From the NCBI RefSeq assembly GCF_033153115.1, contig NW_026889806.1, positions 6,758,001 to 6,822,000 of the forward strand: a stretch of DNA of 64,000 bases. Reading direction: 5' to 3'. Under the pieces are notes generated by a model that saw only the letters and a program-made list of their open reading frames with translations, ran no database searches and was not told the DNA's origin. Origin of the DNA: Saccostrea echinata (lineage: Eukaryota). Of the stretch, positions 12,501-26,011 are shown piece by piece (position 1 is the first letter of the stretch; each line of letters opens with the position of its first letter). A program made the position numbers and the translations under genes.

Positions 12501-15500
12501 AGGGAGGAATTCAATCTCAAACTCCCCGATGTGTATGAGGCAGGGCTGGGGGTAGCTATCAGCCTGACCCTCTGGCTGGTTTTTGTGGTGGATATGCCTT
12601 GAGATCCTGGAGAGTATTTTCTGTTTGTGAGGTTCCCAGTTGCTGTTGGAGAGGATTTCTAACAGTTTGACAGAATCCCCTTCTGTTGGGGGTTTGTTGC
12701 TCTTTAGGCACACCCACTGTGTTTGCCAGACAGTGTCAGTCTGAAAAGGTAAAGAAAATCAATAAAGATAATATGTTAGGCCATCCTTTAAGCATGAAAC
12801 TTTGATTTACAAGACATGAATTTCAAAATAGCAGAAGAGGGCTAATAAACGTTCACAGCTAAAACAAATTTAATATAGAACCAATCTAGCTCAATCCTAG
12901 GGCTCAACACTTAAACTAAGGGAAATGGGAAAAAGAAAAGAAAAGGATGTATTCAGAATTTCTAAAGAATTGACCTAAAGAAGAGATAAATTTCCTGGAA
13001 AATAGTTACATTTTAATTCAATGTTTGTTGGTTATTTTCTAATGTGAATTTGTCTAAATGTTTCAAATTTGCATTTTGAACCTAAAATTTATCATTTGCA
13101 ATTTCATAATTAACATTCAAAGATGGCTAAAACAGCATTTCCCCAGTCAAAGCACCAATTTTTGCATGAATTTTGGCCTAGAAGTCCTCCAAGGCAGACC
13201 TGCCCCTAAATCAAATTACTATATTTGATAGGTTGTGATATAAGGAGAAATCTAAATTAAAAAAATAGAAGTTGTTAAGGGCATCCATGCCCTGGAGTCG
13301 AAAGAACCCCTCTTCTGACATACTGTACAACCTATCACTTCTATTCTACGCTTCTTACATGTAGTATCCTAATATTTAGATAAAGCCTTGAAATCATCAA
13401 CTGACAAGATTTGATGATCCTTGTCCTTATAGTTAGCAAAATATCAAAGTTTTCACAAAACATAATTTTAGGTCAACTTTGAAGTGACCTTGAGACCATG
13501 CCCTTTGACCCAGGGTGATCTGATCCACAATATGCATTGGTCTGATGTTTATGTGTCCAGTGCTTCTTGAGGGGGAAATTTTTGTAGTAACTATTACTTT
13601 TGTTTCGATTTCCCAAATTATCTCCCCTTGTTTAAGAGTCACATCCCTATTTTTAGTATAAATGAAGGCCCTTCAACCAAGAACACTCATGACAAATTTG
13701 ACAAAAATTGGCCGAGGATTCTTGAGATATGGCCCATATACCAAAAAGTTGATGTACACCGCATAAATGGCCATACCATTATCTCTTCAATTCTTAGGCA
13801 CCATCAGAGCTAATAATCAGGCAGATGGTCATGACCTTTATCAAATTTCATAGTCTTTTGATTGAAATAATTGCTTAATATGTATTAGAAAAGCAACATG
13901 GGATTTGAAATATTTTTTCAAAAATTTTCATTTACAGAATTTTTCTAAACCTGAACCTAATTTTGTTGAACTCAAGTTAAAATTGAAAGATAATTCTAAA
14001 AGGACTGGTTACAGACAAAAAGACAGATAAACACCTTAAAATCATATATGCTCTTCTGATTTCTAACTAATACAGCCAAAATTGAGCTCAATGCACATCA
14101 GTATGAATGGACTTCCTAACAGATGGACAAACAGACAGGATAAACAAAATCTATATAGTAGGGATGTCAAAATATTTATTTTCCTTAGTCGATCATTCGA
14201 TTGCATTATTCGAACGATAGTCGAATATTCGGAACATTTTCTGAAAACAAAATTTTATTTCATACTTCATTGGTACATACTCAGAAACCTTTTTACTTAA
14301 ATCTATTTAAAAAGTAACATCAAAATTAATGCAATGTAACGTGTGGATAGCATGATTCTATGAAATAAATTTAGAAACCTAATTCTCCAAAATTTATTAT
14401 TTTCCCCGTAAATAGAATTCATAAATCGGCCTGTGCATGCAGTCGTTTTTTATTTAGTAAGCATTAAAAAATTGCCAGCCGATATTTTTAAAGCTTATTA
14501 TGAAATAAAATGGAGGGGGGGAGGGGGGCTATCAAAATGTCCTCAAACAGTTTAAAATGTAAGCGCATTCTTTTAATAATTATCGATGTATCAAAACAGG
14601 TTTATTCCTTGCATTTGAGCAAACTTAAAATAACAAAAGATAATTGGTACATGGTATAAGATCAAGTCCAATTAATAATTTTACAAACAAAGCCCATTAT
14701 ATTGGTTGGTAATTTATTACAAAAACAACACAGGCAGTAACTGACAATTACTTCTCGAAGTAGTGAAGCACTTTTAATTGCTGTACTTTCTATACGTACA
14801 TGGAAAATCTACCATTTTTTGTTGAGGAAAATCATCGACTGTCTTTGAGAAAAAAAACTGTTTCTCATTTTTTTTTTTTTTTTATGAGAATTCCATTCTA
14901 TCACTCATTTATTGCATTTATTTAGTTAAAATAATATTCGAATGTCGTTTCATTATTCGATCGTCGGTCCATTCGACTGACAGTTGAATAGTCGACTATT
15001 TGTTGACATCCCTACTATATAGAGATATATCCATTCATTCCAGTGGCCAGATAAACAAATCTATAACCTCTGTAGGAATTCTTTGAGGTGTTAATAACAT
15101 GTTGACTTACTTTTGGTTCTCAGTGAGTCTGTGTTGTAGTGTTTGTTATAACAGGATGACTTGCTATTGGTTTTCTGTGAGTCTGTGTTGTAGTGACTTA
15201 CTTTTGGTTTTCCTGTGAGTCTGTGTTGTAGTGACTTACTATTGGTTTTCCTGTGAGTCTGTGTTGTATTGACTTACTATTGGTTTTCCTGTGAGTCTGT
15301 GTTGAAGTGACTTACTATTGGTTTTCTGTGAGTCTGTGTTGTACTGACTTACTATTGGTTTTCTGCGAGTCTGTGTTGTAGTGACTTACTATTGGTTTTC
15401 TGTGAGTCTGTGTTGTAGTGACTTACTATTGGTTTTCCTGTGAGTCTGTGTTGTAGTGACTTACTATTGGTTTTCCTGTGAGTCTGTGTTGAAGTGACTT

Positions 15501-18500
15501 ATTATTGGTTTCCCTGTGAGTCTGTGTTATAGTGACTTACTATTGGTTTTCTGCGAGTCTGTGTTGTAGTGACTTACTATTGGTTTTCTGTGAGTCTGTG
15601 TTGTAGTGACTTACTATTGGTTTTCTGTGAGTCTGTGTTGTAGTGACTTACTATTGGTTTTCCTGTGAGTCTGTGTTGAAGTGACTTTCTATTGGTTTTC
15701 CTGTGAGTCTGTGTTGTAGTGACTTACTATTGGTATCCCTGTGAGTCTGTGTTGTAGTGACTTACTATTGGTTTTCTGTGAGTCTGTGTTGTAGTGACTT
15801 ACTATTGGTTTTCCTGTGAGTCTGTGTTGTAGTGACTTACTATTGGTTTTCCTGTGAGTCTGTGTTGTAGTGACTTATTATTGGTTTCCCTGTGAGTCTG
15901 TGTTATAGTGACTTACTATTGGTTTTCTGCGAGTCTGTGTTGTAGTGACTTACTATTGGTTTTCTGTGAGTCTGTGTTGTAGTGACTTACTATTGGTTTT
16001 CTGTGAGTCTGTGTTGTAGTGACTTACTATTGGTTTTCCTGTGAGTCTGTGTTGAAGTGACTTTCTATTGGTTTTCCTGTGAGTCTGTGTTGTAGTGACT
16101 TACTATTGGTATCCCTGTGAGTCTGTGTTGTAGTGACTTACTATTGGTTTTCTGTGAGTCTGTGTTGTAGTGACTTACTATTGGTTTTCCTGTGAGTCTG
16201 TGTTGTAGTGACTTACTATTGGTTTTCTGTGAGTCTGTGTTGTAGTGACTTACTATTGGTTTTCCTGTGAGTCTGTGTTGTAGTGACTTACTATTGGTTT
16301 TCCTGTGAGTCTGTGTTGTAGTGACTTACTTTTGGTTTTCCTGTAAGTCTGTGTTGTAGTGACTTACTATTGGTTTTCTGTGAGTCTGTGTTGTAGTGTG
16401 TGTAATAACATGCTGACTTACTATCTGTTTTCTGTGAGTCTGTGTTGTAGTGACTTACTATTGGTTTTCTGTGAGTCTGTGTTGTAGTGTGTGTAATAAC
16501 ACCATGACTTACTATTGGTTTTCCTGTGAGTCTGTGTTGTAGTGACTTACTATTGGTTTCCTGTGAGTCTGTGTTGTAGTGACTTACTATTGGTTTTCCT
16601 GTGAGTCTGTGTTGTAGTGACTTACTATTGGTTTTCCTGTGAGTCTGTGTTGTAGTGACTTACTATTGGTTTTCCTGTGAGTCTGTGTTATAGTGACTTA
16701 ACACTGGTTTCCCTGTGAGTCTGTGTTATAGTGACTTACTATTGGTTTTCTGTGAGTCTGTGTTGTAGTGACTTACTATTGGTTTTCTGTGAGTCTGTGT
16801 TGTAGTGTGTGTAATAACATGCTGACTTACTATTGGTTTCTGTGAGTCTGTGTTGTAGTGACTTACTATTGGTTTTCTGCGAGTCTGTGTTGTAGTGACT
16901 TACTATTGGTTTTCTGTGAGTCTGTGTTGTAGTGACTTACTATTGGTTTTCCTGTGAGTCTGTGTTGAAGTGACTTTCTATTGGTTTTCCTGTGAGTCTG
17001 TGTTGTAGTGACTTACTATTGGTATCCCTGTGAGTCTGTGTTGTAGTGACTTACTATTGGTTTTCTGTGAGTCTGTGTTGTAGTGTGTTTAATAACACCA
17101 TGACTTACTATTGGTTTTCCTGTGAGTCTGTGTTGTAGTGACTTACTATTGGTTTCCTGTGAGTCTGTGTTGTAGTGACTTACTATTGGTTTTCCTGTGA
17201 GTCTGTGTTGTAGTGACTTACTATTGGTTTCCTGTGAGTCTGTGTTGTAGTGACTTACTATTGGTTTTCTGTGAGTCTGTGTTGTAGTGTGTGTAATAAC
17301 ACGATGACTGACTATTGGTTTCCCTGTGAGTCTGTGTTGTAGTGAATTATTATTGGTTTTCTGTGAGTCTGTGTTGTAGTGACTTACTATTGGTTTTCTG
17401 TGAGTCTGTGTTGTAGTGTGTGTAATAACACCATGACTTACGATTGATTTCCAAGTGAATCTGTGTTGTAGTGACTTCCTATTGGTTTTCTGTGAGTCTG
17501 TGTTGTAGTGACTTACTATTGGTTTTCCTGTGAGTCTGTGTTATAGTGACTTAACACTGGTTTCCCTGTGAGTCTGTGTTATAGTGACTTACTATTGGTT
17601 TTCTGTGAGTCTGTGTTGTAGTGACTTACTATTGGTTTTCTGTGAGTCTGTGTTGTAGTGTGTGTAATAACATGCTGACTTACTATTGGTTTCTGTGAGT
17701 CTGTGTTGTAGTGACTTACTATTGGTTTTCTGCGAGTCTGTGTTGTAGTGACTTACTATTGGTTTTCTGTGAGTCTGTGTTGTAGTGACTTACTATTGGT
17801 TTTCCTGTGAGACTGTGTTGAAGTGACTTTCTATTGGTTTTCCTGTGAGTCTGTGCTGTAGTGACTTACTTTTGGTTTTCTGTGAGTCTGTGTTGTAGTG
17901 ACTTACTATTGGTTTTCCTGTGAGTCTGTGTTGTAGTGACTTACTATTGGTTTTCCTGTGAGTCTGTGTTGTAGTGACTTACTTTTGGTTTTCCTGTGAG
18001 TCTGTGTTGTAGTGACTTACTTACTATTGGTTTTCTGTGAGTATGTGTTGTAGTGACTTACTATTGGTTTTCCTGTGAGTCTGTGTTGTAGTGACTTACT
18101 ATTGGTTTTCCTGTGAGTCTGTGTTGTAGTGACTTACTATTGGTTTCCTGTGAGTCTGTGTTGTAGTGACTTACTATTGTTTTTCCTGTGAGTCTGTGTT
18201 GTAGTGACTTACTATTGGTTTTCTGTGAGTCTGTGTTGTAGTGTGTGTAATAACACCATGACTTACTACTGGTTTTCCTGTGAGTCTGTGTTGTATTGAC
18301 TTACTATTGGTTTTCCTGTGAGTCTGTGTTGTAGTGACTTACTTTTGGTTTTCCTGTGAGTCTGTGTTGTAGTGACTTACTATTGGTTTTCTGTGAGTCT
18401 GTGTTGTAGTGACTTACTATTGGTTTTCCTGTGAGTCTGTGTTGTAGTGACTTACTATGGGTTTTCTGTGAGTCTGTGTTGTAGTGACTTACTATTGGTT

Positions 18501-21500
18501 TTCCTGTGAGTCTGTGTTGTAGTGACTTACTATTGGTATCCCTGTGAGTCTGTGTTGTAGTGACTTACTATTGGTTTTCTGTGAGTCTGTGTTGTAGTGA
18601 CTTACTATTGGTTTTCCTGTGAGTCTGTGTTGTAGTGACTTACTATTGGTTTCCTGTGAGTCTGTGTTGTAGTGACTTACTATTGTTTTTCCTGTGAGTC
18701 TGTGTTGTAGTGACTTACTATTGGTTTTCTGTGAGTCTGTGTTGTAGTGTGTGCAATAACACCATGACTTACTACTGGTTTTCCTGTGAGTCTGTGTTGT
18801 ATTGACTTACTATTGGTTTTCCTGTGAGTCTGTGTTGTAGTGACTTACTTTTGGTTTTCCTGTGAGTCTGTGTTGTAGTGACTTACTATTGGTTTTCTGT
18901 GAGTCTGTGTTGTAGTGACTTACTATTGGTTTTCCTGTGAGTCTGTGTTGTAGTGACTTACTATGGGTTTTCTGTGAGTCTGTGTTGTAGTGACTTACTA
19001 TTGGTTTTCCTGTGAGTCTGTGTTGTAGTGACTTACTATTGGTATCCCTGTGAGTCTGTGTTGTAGTGACTTACTATTGGTTTTCTGTGAGTCTGTGTTG
19101 TAGTGACTTACTATTGGTTTTCCTGTGAGTCTGTGTTGTAGTGTGTGTAATAACACCATGTCTTACTATTGGTTTTCCTGTGAGTTTATGTTGTAGTGTG
19201 TGTAATAACACGACTTACTATTGGTTTTCCTGTGAGTCTGTGTTGTAGTGCAGACAGTCCACTACTGGCCATCTGACCGCCACCCTGGGAGGGACACTGG
19301 GAGGAGACGGCCCGGCTCTGGACATGCTCCTTACCACATGTACACTTCTTAGGGTGATATCTGTCAAAATACAACTCTAATTAGTATAGACCTAATTTTT
19401 AGCACTTTGTTTTATATCTGCTGCAAGTTGAACATTACAGTCTGACATCTGAAAACTAACATTGAACTTTTGAATGTCAGTCCTTCTCTTTATATTTAAA
19501 AGCCATTTAAAAATCTTCAGCAATGTCATAATTAGTTGACTTGTGTTATTGTAATTTACTAATAGTTAATATTCAAGTAAGTATGCAGCATGAGAACAAC
19601 TCACTTCTCCCTTCCCAGAATCCACTAGTTTTTGACCTACATTTGTGAATATCCTTACCCCCTTGTGTACTGGGCATCCACTCTGGCACAAGACACTACC
19701 TCCTGTATATCCTCAGCCTCCGAGTCGGACTCAAACAGCGCCATCTCACTGTCATCCACAGTCTTCTTTGACTGAGGCTGAAATTGTAAAAGATTCTACT
19801 ATAACAAAAAAACAAAATAAGAACTTTTTTGAGACAAATTTTTACATTGCTTAAGGTTCTTACTGGTCAATTCAAATGATTTTAAAAATCTTTGATAAAT
19901 GTAACCTGAAAACAATTTCGTACAAACAAGAAGTCTGTGAGCCAATGCTCACTAATAATACCCCCGCTCTGATGTGAATACACATGTTCAGTTTTGGACA
20001 GACACTGTGATAATCAGGAAGTTGACACTGGATTTGTACAAAAAAATTTCCAACATATGGCATGCCTAAACAAAGAGTGTGCTAAAATTTCAAGCATCTG
20101 TGATGAGTAGTTGCTGAGAAAACTGCCGCCCAAATTTGTTATGTATGGTACGGACAGGTGCACGGATAAACAGGAAGTTGACATTGGATTCATACAGAAA
20201 TGAATCCCACCATATGGCATGCCTAATCAAAGAGTGTGCTAAAATTTCAAGCACCTGCAATGAGTAGTTGCTGAGAAATCTGCGACCAAAATTTGATATG
20301 TATGGTATGGACAGACGCACGATAAACAGGAGGTTGACATCAGATTCGTACAGAAATAAATCCCAACATATGGCATACCTGAACAAAGAGTGTGCTAAAA
20401 TTTCAAGCATCTGTAATGAGTAGTTGCTGAGAAATCTAACCAAAATTTGCTACAGACAGAAGGACACACAAGGGTAAAACAGTATACCCCCTCTCCTTCA
20501 GAGCAGGGGTATAATAATTATTTTCATTCCATTAAAAAATACAGTATGTCACTGTTGAAAATGTAACTACATAGTTCTAATTGTAACGGAAACCATTACA
20601 GATGTTCCCCAAATGGCTCCCTATTCCCTACAAGCTTCATCTAATTAGGCAATTCTTTCATTTAATGTATCTAGACTAGACTTATCTACACTTTATTTTT
20701 CAAAGTATTTTATTGGAAAACCTATAAGTATTAGCCAATGTGATTTCAGCGATGTGCATGCATATGTTTTCTACATTTCGCACATATCTTCTTAAAGAGA
20801 CTTACAATATATACATATGTGTTAGTGTAAATCTCAAATCTCATGTAAATAAGAGATGTTTGTGAAACACTTATGCCCCCCCCCCCCCCCAATAATTGGA
20901 ATTTTTCTAAGTCCAAGGGGCATATCTCTGTCAAAAATTGCTTGATCATACCCAAAACAGAACCTGACCTAGATGTTTTTATGATAAATCTGTATACCAA
21001 ATTTCATTTCAGTATGTGCACCCTCTGCAAAGAAAATGAACGGAAACTGTTGGCGCACCAACCAGACCAATCGACAGACAGACAGACAGCAGCCAAGCAA
21101 TATGCCCTCCCCTCTTTGAAGGGGGGCATAAATATGGCTATTTAAATTTTTAGCCAATCAAATTGCAGTACATGTGCATGCATGATATTTCAAGAAATCT
21201 ACATCATATGGTAGAGTCTTATAATATTTTAAATTGCAAAGTCTTTCATTGAAAAACAATTAAAGAAGTTGAGATTTTTGTGGCAGCCAATTAGAGCAAC
21301 AAACATTCAACAAGAAGTCTGTGAGCCAGTGCTCACTAGTAATACCCCCGCTTTGATGTGAATGTACACAAGTTCAGCTATGGACAGATGCACGGATAAA
21401 CAGGAAGTTGACATCGGATTCATACAAAAATTAATCCCACCATATGGCATGCCTAAACAAAGAATGTGCTAAAATTTCAAGCATCTGCAATCAGTAGTTG

Positions 21501-24500
21501 CTGAGAAAAATGCGACCAAAATTTGTTATATATGGTACGAACAGACACACGGATAAACAGGAAGTTGACATTGGATTCGTACAAAAATGATTCCCACCAT
21601 ATGGCATGCCTAAACAAAGAGTATGCTAAAATTTCAAGCATCTGCAATCAGTACTTGCTTAGAAAAAAGGGGCCAAAATTTGTTATGTATGGTACGGACA
21701 GACGCATGGATAAACAGGAAATTGACATCAGATTCGTACAAAAAGTATTTTCATCATATGACGTGCCTAAACAAAGAATGTGCTAAAATTTCAAGCATCT
21801 GCAATCAGAGTTGCTGAGAAAACTGCGACCAAAATTTGTTATGTATGGTACGGACAGACGCATGGATAAACAGGAAGTTGACATCAGATTCGTACAAAAA
21901 TTAATCCCACCATATGGCATGCCTCAACAAAGTGTGTGTAAAATTTCAAGCATCTGCGATGAGTAGTTGCTGAGAAAACTGTGACCAAAATTTTTTTACG
22001 GACAGACAGACACACACACAGACAGACAGACGGACACAGACAGACAAACAGACAGACACACAAGGGTAAAACAGTATACCCCCCTCTCCTTCAGAGCGGG
22101 GGTATAATTATATAAAATTTCCCAAAAGTTTGGTCCTTTGAAGTTCTTTTAATACTCTGCAGTAAATATATAGGTGCATAAATCTGTAGATTATGTATAA
22201 ATCAGTAAATATATACATTGTATTTATTTATCAGTAGATGTACATGTATATACAAATTAGTACATGTACATATTATACACTTATCCAACAGCTGTGAGTG
22301 GGATAGCTCTTTATCATATCCATAACCAGTGTTTGAAACTCACGGTAATCTAGTGAAAATTGTCAGCCCTGCCAAAACTCTACTAGCCCGAGAAAAAATA
22401 AGTCTTTTACACAATTGTTTTAGCGATAATTTGAATGGGGCACGATCACCACAACTTCCATCCCAAATCTATAGGCTGTCAAATTCTACCCCTTTGCTTG
22501 TTACACTTAGCTACCGATACTATTAGTTGATTTGAGAGACATTTATCAAATATATGAATTTTAATTTATGGCAAATTTCAACACACGTGCAAATCTTTTT
22601 GTCCGCAGCAAAATTTGTGAATCTCGGGTGATCGGGTGCACAGTTATTTCAAACACTGCCATAACAGGAACTTTTCCCTGAGGGATTGCCCGAAAGGAAT
22701 AGTTTCTTGTCATGGTTTGAAGAAAGAGCTATCCCACTCACAGCAAATAGATAAGCATTTTATTATACCAATTTCTATTATAATTTCTGAGGGTTGGATA
22801 GCACATTCATACCCCCCGGGGATAAGTTTTGTGGGACTCTTCAGTGTTGGAGAAGTCGCCAACCAATCATATTGCAGGATATCAAAATCCAATATTGGAG
22901 TCAAAAGTTGAATTAAAATTTCCTGAGGGATGTATAGCACAAACTAAACCCCATGGTATAGCTTTGCTTTATGTGAAAATTTTCAGACTACAACAGTTAT
23001 TTTACCATCTTAAGTTTAAAAAGTTTGAATAGAAAACATTTTAACAGAAATATAATAAATGTTTACATAGACCAGACCTTCAAGGCCACTGCAGCTTTAC
23101 GGTACATTTCTGTCTGGATGGGTGTCGGTTTAATCTTAGGTTGAGGGATAGAGATAGTGACCGGTCCAGTCATAGGAAGACCTGGGTTGGGGACCAGGGC
23201 CAAGGTCACCTGAGGTTTTCTTGGAGGGAGCGGTGCAGCGGTGCTCACTTCTGTCTGGGGAATATTCATTACTGCAACAATAAAAAAATTAAGATTTTTA
23301 TAATAAATGTTGTGCTTTTTTTTATTTAAGGCAGTTTTGTTTTGATCATGACATTTATAATTTGGTGTGCATATATAATTTAACAGACAAAATATCCCTA
23401 ACCAAACATAACCTACCACTTATCAAATCCTTTTCTCACAATAAATATCCATAACCATTAGAGTATATAAATAAATAGTATCAGCTGCAGGTTAAAGACA
23501 CAGGGTTTTTTTTATTAAAATCCTACTGTGGTTCTCAGAGATCAATGATGGGTTGTCTAATGACAAAAACAAAATGCTGGCATAAACATAACAAAGTTTT
23601 GCCATACAAATTTTCAATTTCATTTTCTAATCAGATCCTTGAAGTATCAGATTTTAATGAGGCAAGTTGAATTTTACTTAGTGCTTCATATTTCACTGTT
23701 GCTCAAAAAAGGCTTACTTTGGTGAATATATTCAGACAAAAGACTCAAGGATAACCCTGGGACACTTCTTGCCCGTTTTTTTTTAATAAGTGTTCAATGG
23801 TAAAATTAGGACACCTCTTACCCTGTTGTTTTGGTACGTGTTCTATGGTAAAATTAGGACACTACTTACCCTGTTGTTTTGGTACGTGTTTTATGGTAAA
23901 ATTACCCTGTTGTTTTGGTACGTGTTCTATGGTAAAATTAGGACATCTCTTACCCTGTTGTTTTGGTACGTGTTTTATGGTAAAATTAGGACAACCCTTA
24001 CCCTGTGTTTTGGTACGTGTTCTATGATAAAATTAGGACATCTCTTACCCTGTTTTTTTGGTACGTGTTTTATGGTAAAATTAGGACATCTCTTACCCCG
24101 TGTTTTTGGTGTGTGTTCTATGGTAAAATTAGGACAACCCTTACCCTGTTGTTTTGGTACGTGTTCTACGGTAAAATTAGGAGTTTGGTTTTCATTGGAA
24201 TCCTACAAATAACAAAACTTTAATTTAGAAGTCAACACATTTATACATTCATCATGTACAGTCAAATCTCGCAGTCTCAAACTTGATGGGACCTAAAAAC
24301 AAGAGGCCCAGGGGCCACATCGCTCACCTGAGCACTGTGGCCAGGAAAAAAGGAAAAATCAGTTTAGTATTGAAAAGCTTAAACGCATAAATGGTCCCAA
24401 CCTACCCCTAAAAGGGAGTGGGGGGTGGGGTATGACTTGAACAAAATTAAATCTACACTGCTTACATAATTTTTTGACTGTGACTTTTTTCTCTACAAGT

Positions 24501-25837
24501 TTGAACTTTCACTGTGGCCCCACCCTACCTCTGGAGGTCATGATTTGAACAAATTTGAATCTACACTATCTGAGGATGCTTCCATATAAATATTACAAAC
24601 CGTGGCTTTGCTGTTCTTGAGATTTTTAAAGGTTTTTCTTATATATTCCTATATAAAACTTTGAACATTCATTGTGGCCCCACCCTACCCCCGGGGGTCA
24701 TGATTTAAACAAACTTGAATCTACACTACCTGAAGATGCTTTCAAAAAAATATATCCAATCAAAGCTTTGCTGTTCTTGAGAAGAAGATTTTTGAAGATT
24801 TTTCCTATGTACACCTATGTTAAACTTTGATCATCCATTGTGGCCCCACCCTTACCCTGGGGGTCATGATTTGAACAAACTTGAATCTACACCACCTGAG
24901 GATGCTTCCAATATAAATATGACCAATCATAGCTTTGCTGTTCTTGAGAAGAAGATTTTTCCTATATATTCCTATGTAAAACTTTGATCGTCCATTGTGG
25001 CCCCACCCTACCCCTGGGGGTCATGACTTGAATAAACTTGAATCTATATCACCTCAGGATGCTTCCAAATAAATATGACAAATCACAGCTTTGCTGTTCT
25101 TGAGAAGAAGATTCTTGAAGATTTTTCCTATATACGCCATGAAAACTTTGATTGTCCATTGTAGCCCCACCCTACCCCCAGGGGTCATAATTGGAACAAA
25201 TTTGAATCTACACCACCTGCAGATGCTTCTATATAAATTTGACCAATCATGGCTTTGCTGTTCTTGAGAAGAAGATTTTTGAAGATTTTTCCTATATTCT
25301 CCTATGTTAAACTTTAATTTTCGTCCATTGTGGCCCCACCCTACCCCCTGATGGTCATGATTTGAACAAACTTGAACCCACACCACCTGAGGATGCTTTC
25401 AAATAAATATTACCAATCATTACTTTGCTATTCTTGAGAAGAAGATTTTTGAAGATTTTTCCTATATATTTCTATGTAAAACTTTGATCGTCCATTGAGG
25501 CCCCACCCTACCCCCGGGGGTCATGATTTGAACAAATTTGAATCTACACCACCCGAGGATGCTTCCATATAAATACGACCAATCATAGCTTTGCTGTTCT
25601 TGAGAAGAAGATTTTTGAAGATTTTTCCTGTATATTCCTATGTAAAACTTTGATCGTCCATTGTGGCCCCACCCTACCCCCCGGGGTCATGATTTGAACA
25701 AATTTGAATCTACACTACCTGACAATAATTCCATATGAGTTTCATCTTTCCTGGCCCATTGGTTCTTGAGAAGAAGATTTTTAAATAATGCCATTAATTT
25801 TTTGCTTTTTCATAATTATCTCCCCTTTGAATAGGGA

Positions 25838-25882
<45 letters not shown>

Positions 25883-25892
25883 ACTTTGTGCC

Positions 25893-25965
<73 letters not shown>

Positions 25966-25969
25966 GACA

Positions 25970-26011
<42 letters not shown>

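Noticed and set aside
15103-19250. CRISPR-like regular array
   Set aside because: There are no unique spacers and no cas genes. It is a head-to-tail minisatellite in a eukaryotic intron.
23790-24223. Repetitive plus-strand ORFs (LLFWYVFYGKIRT...)
   Set aside because: Antisense translation of the 48-bp donor array.
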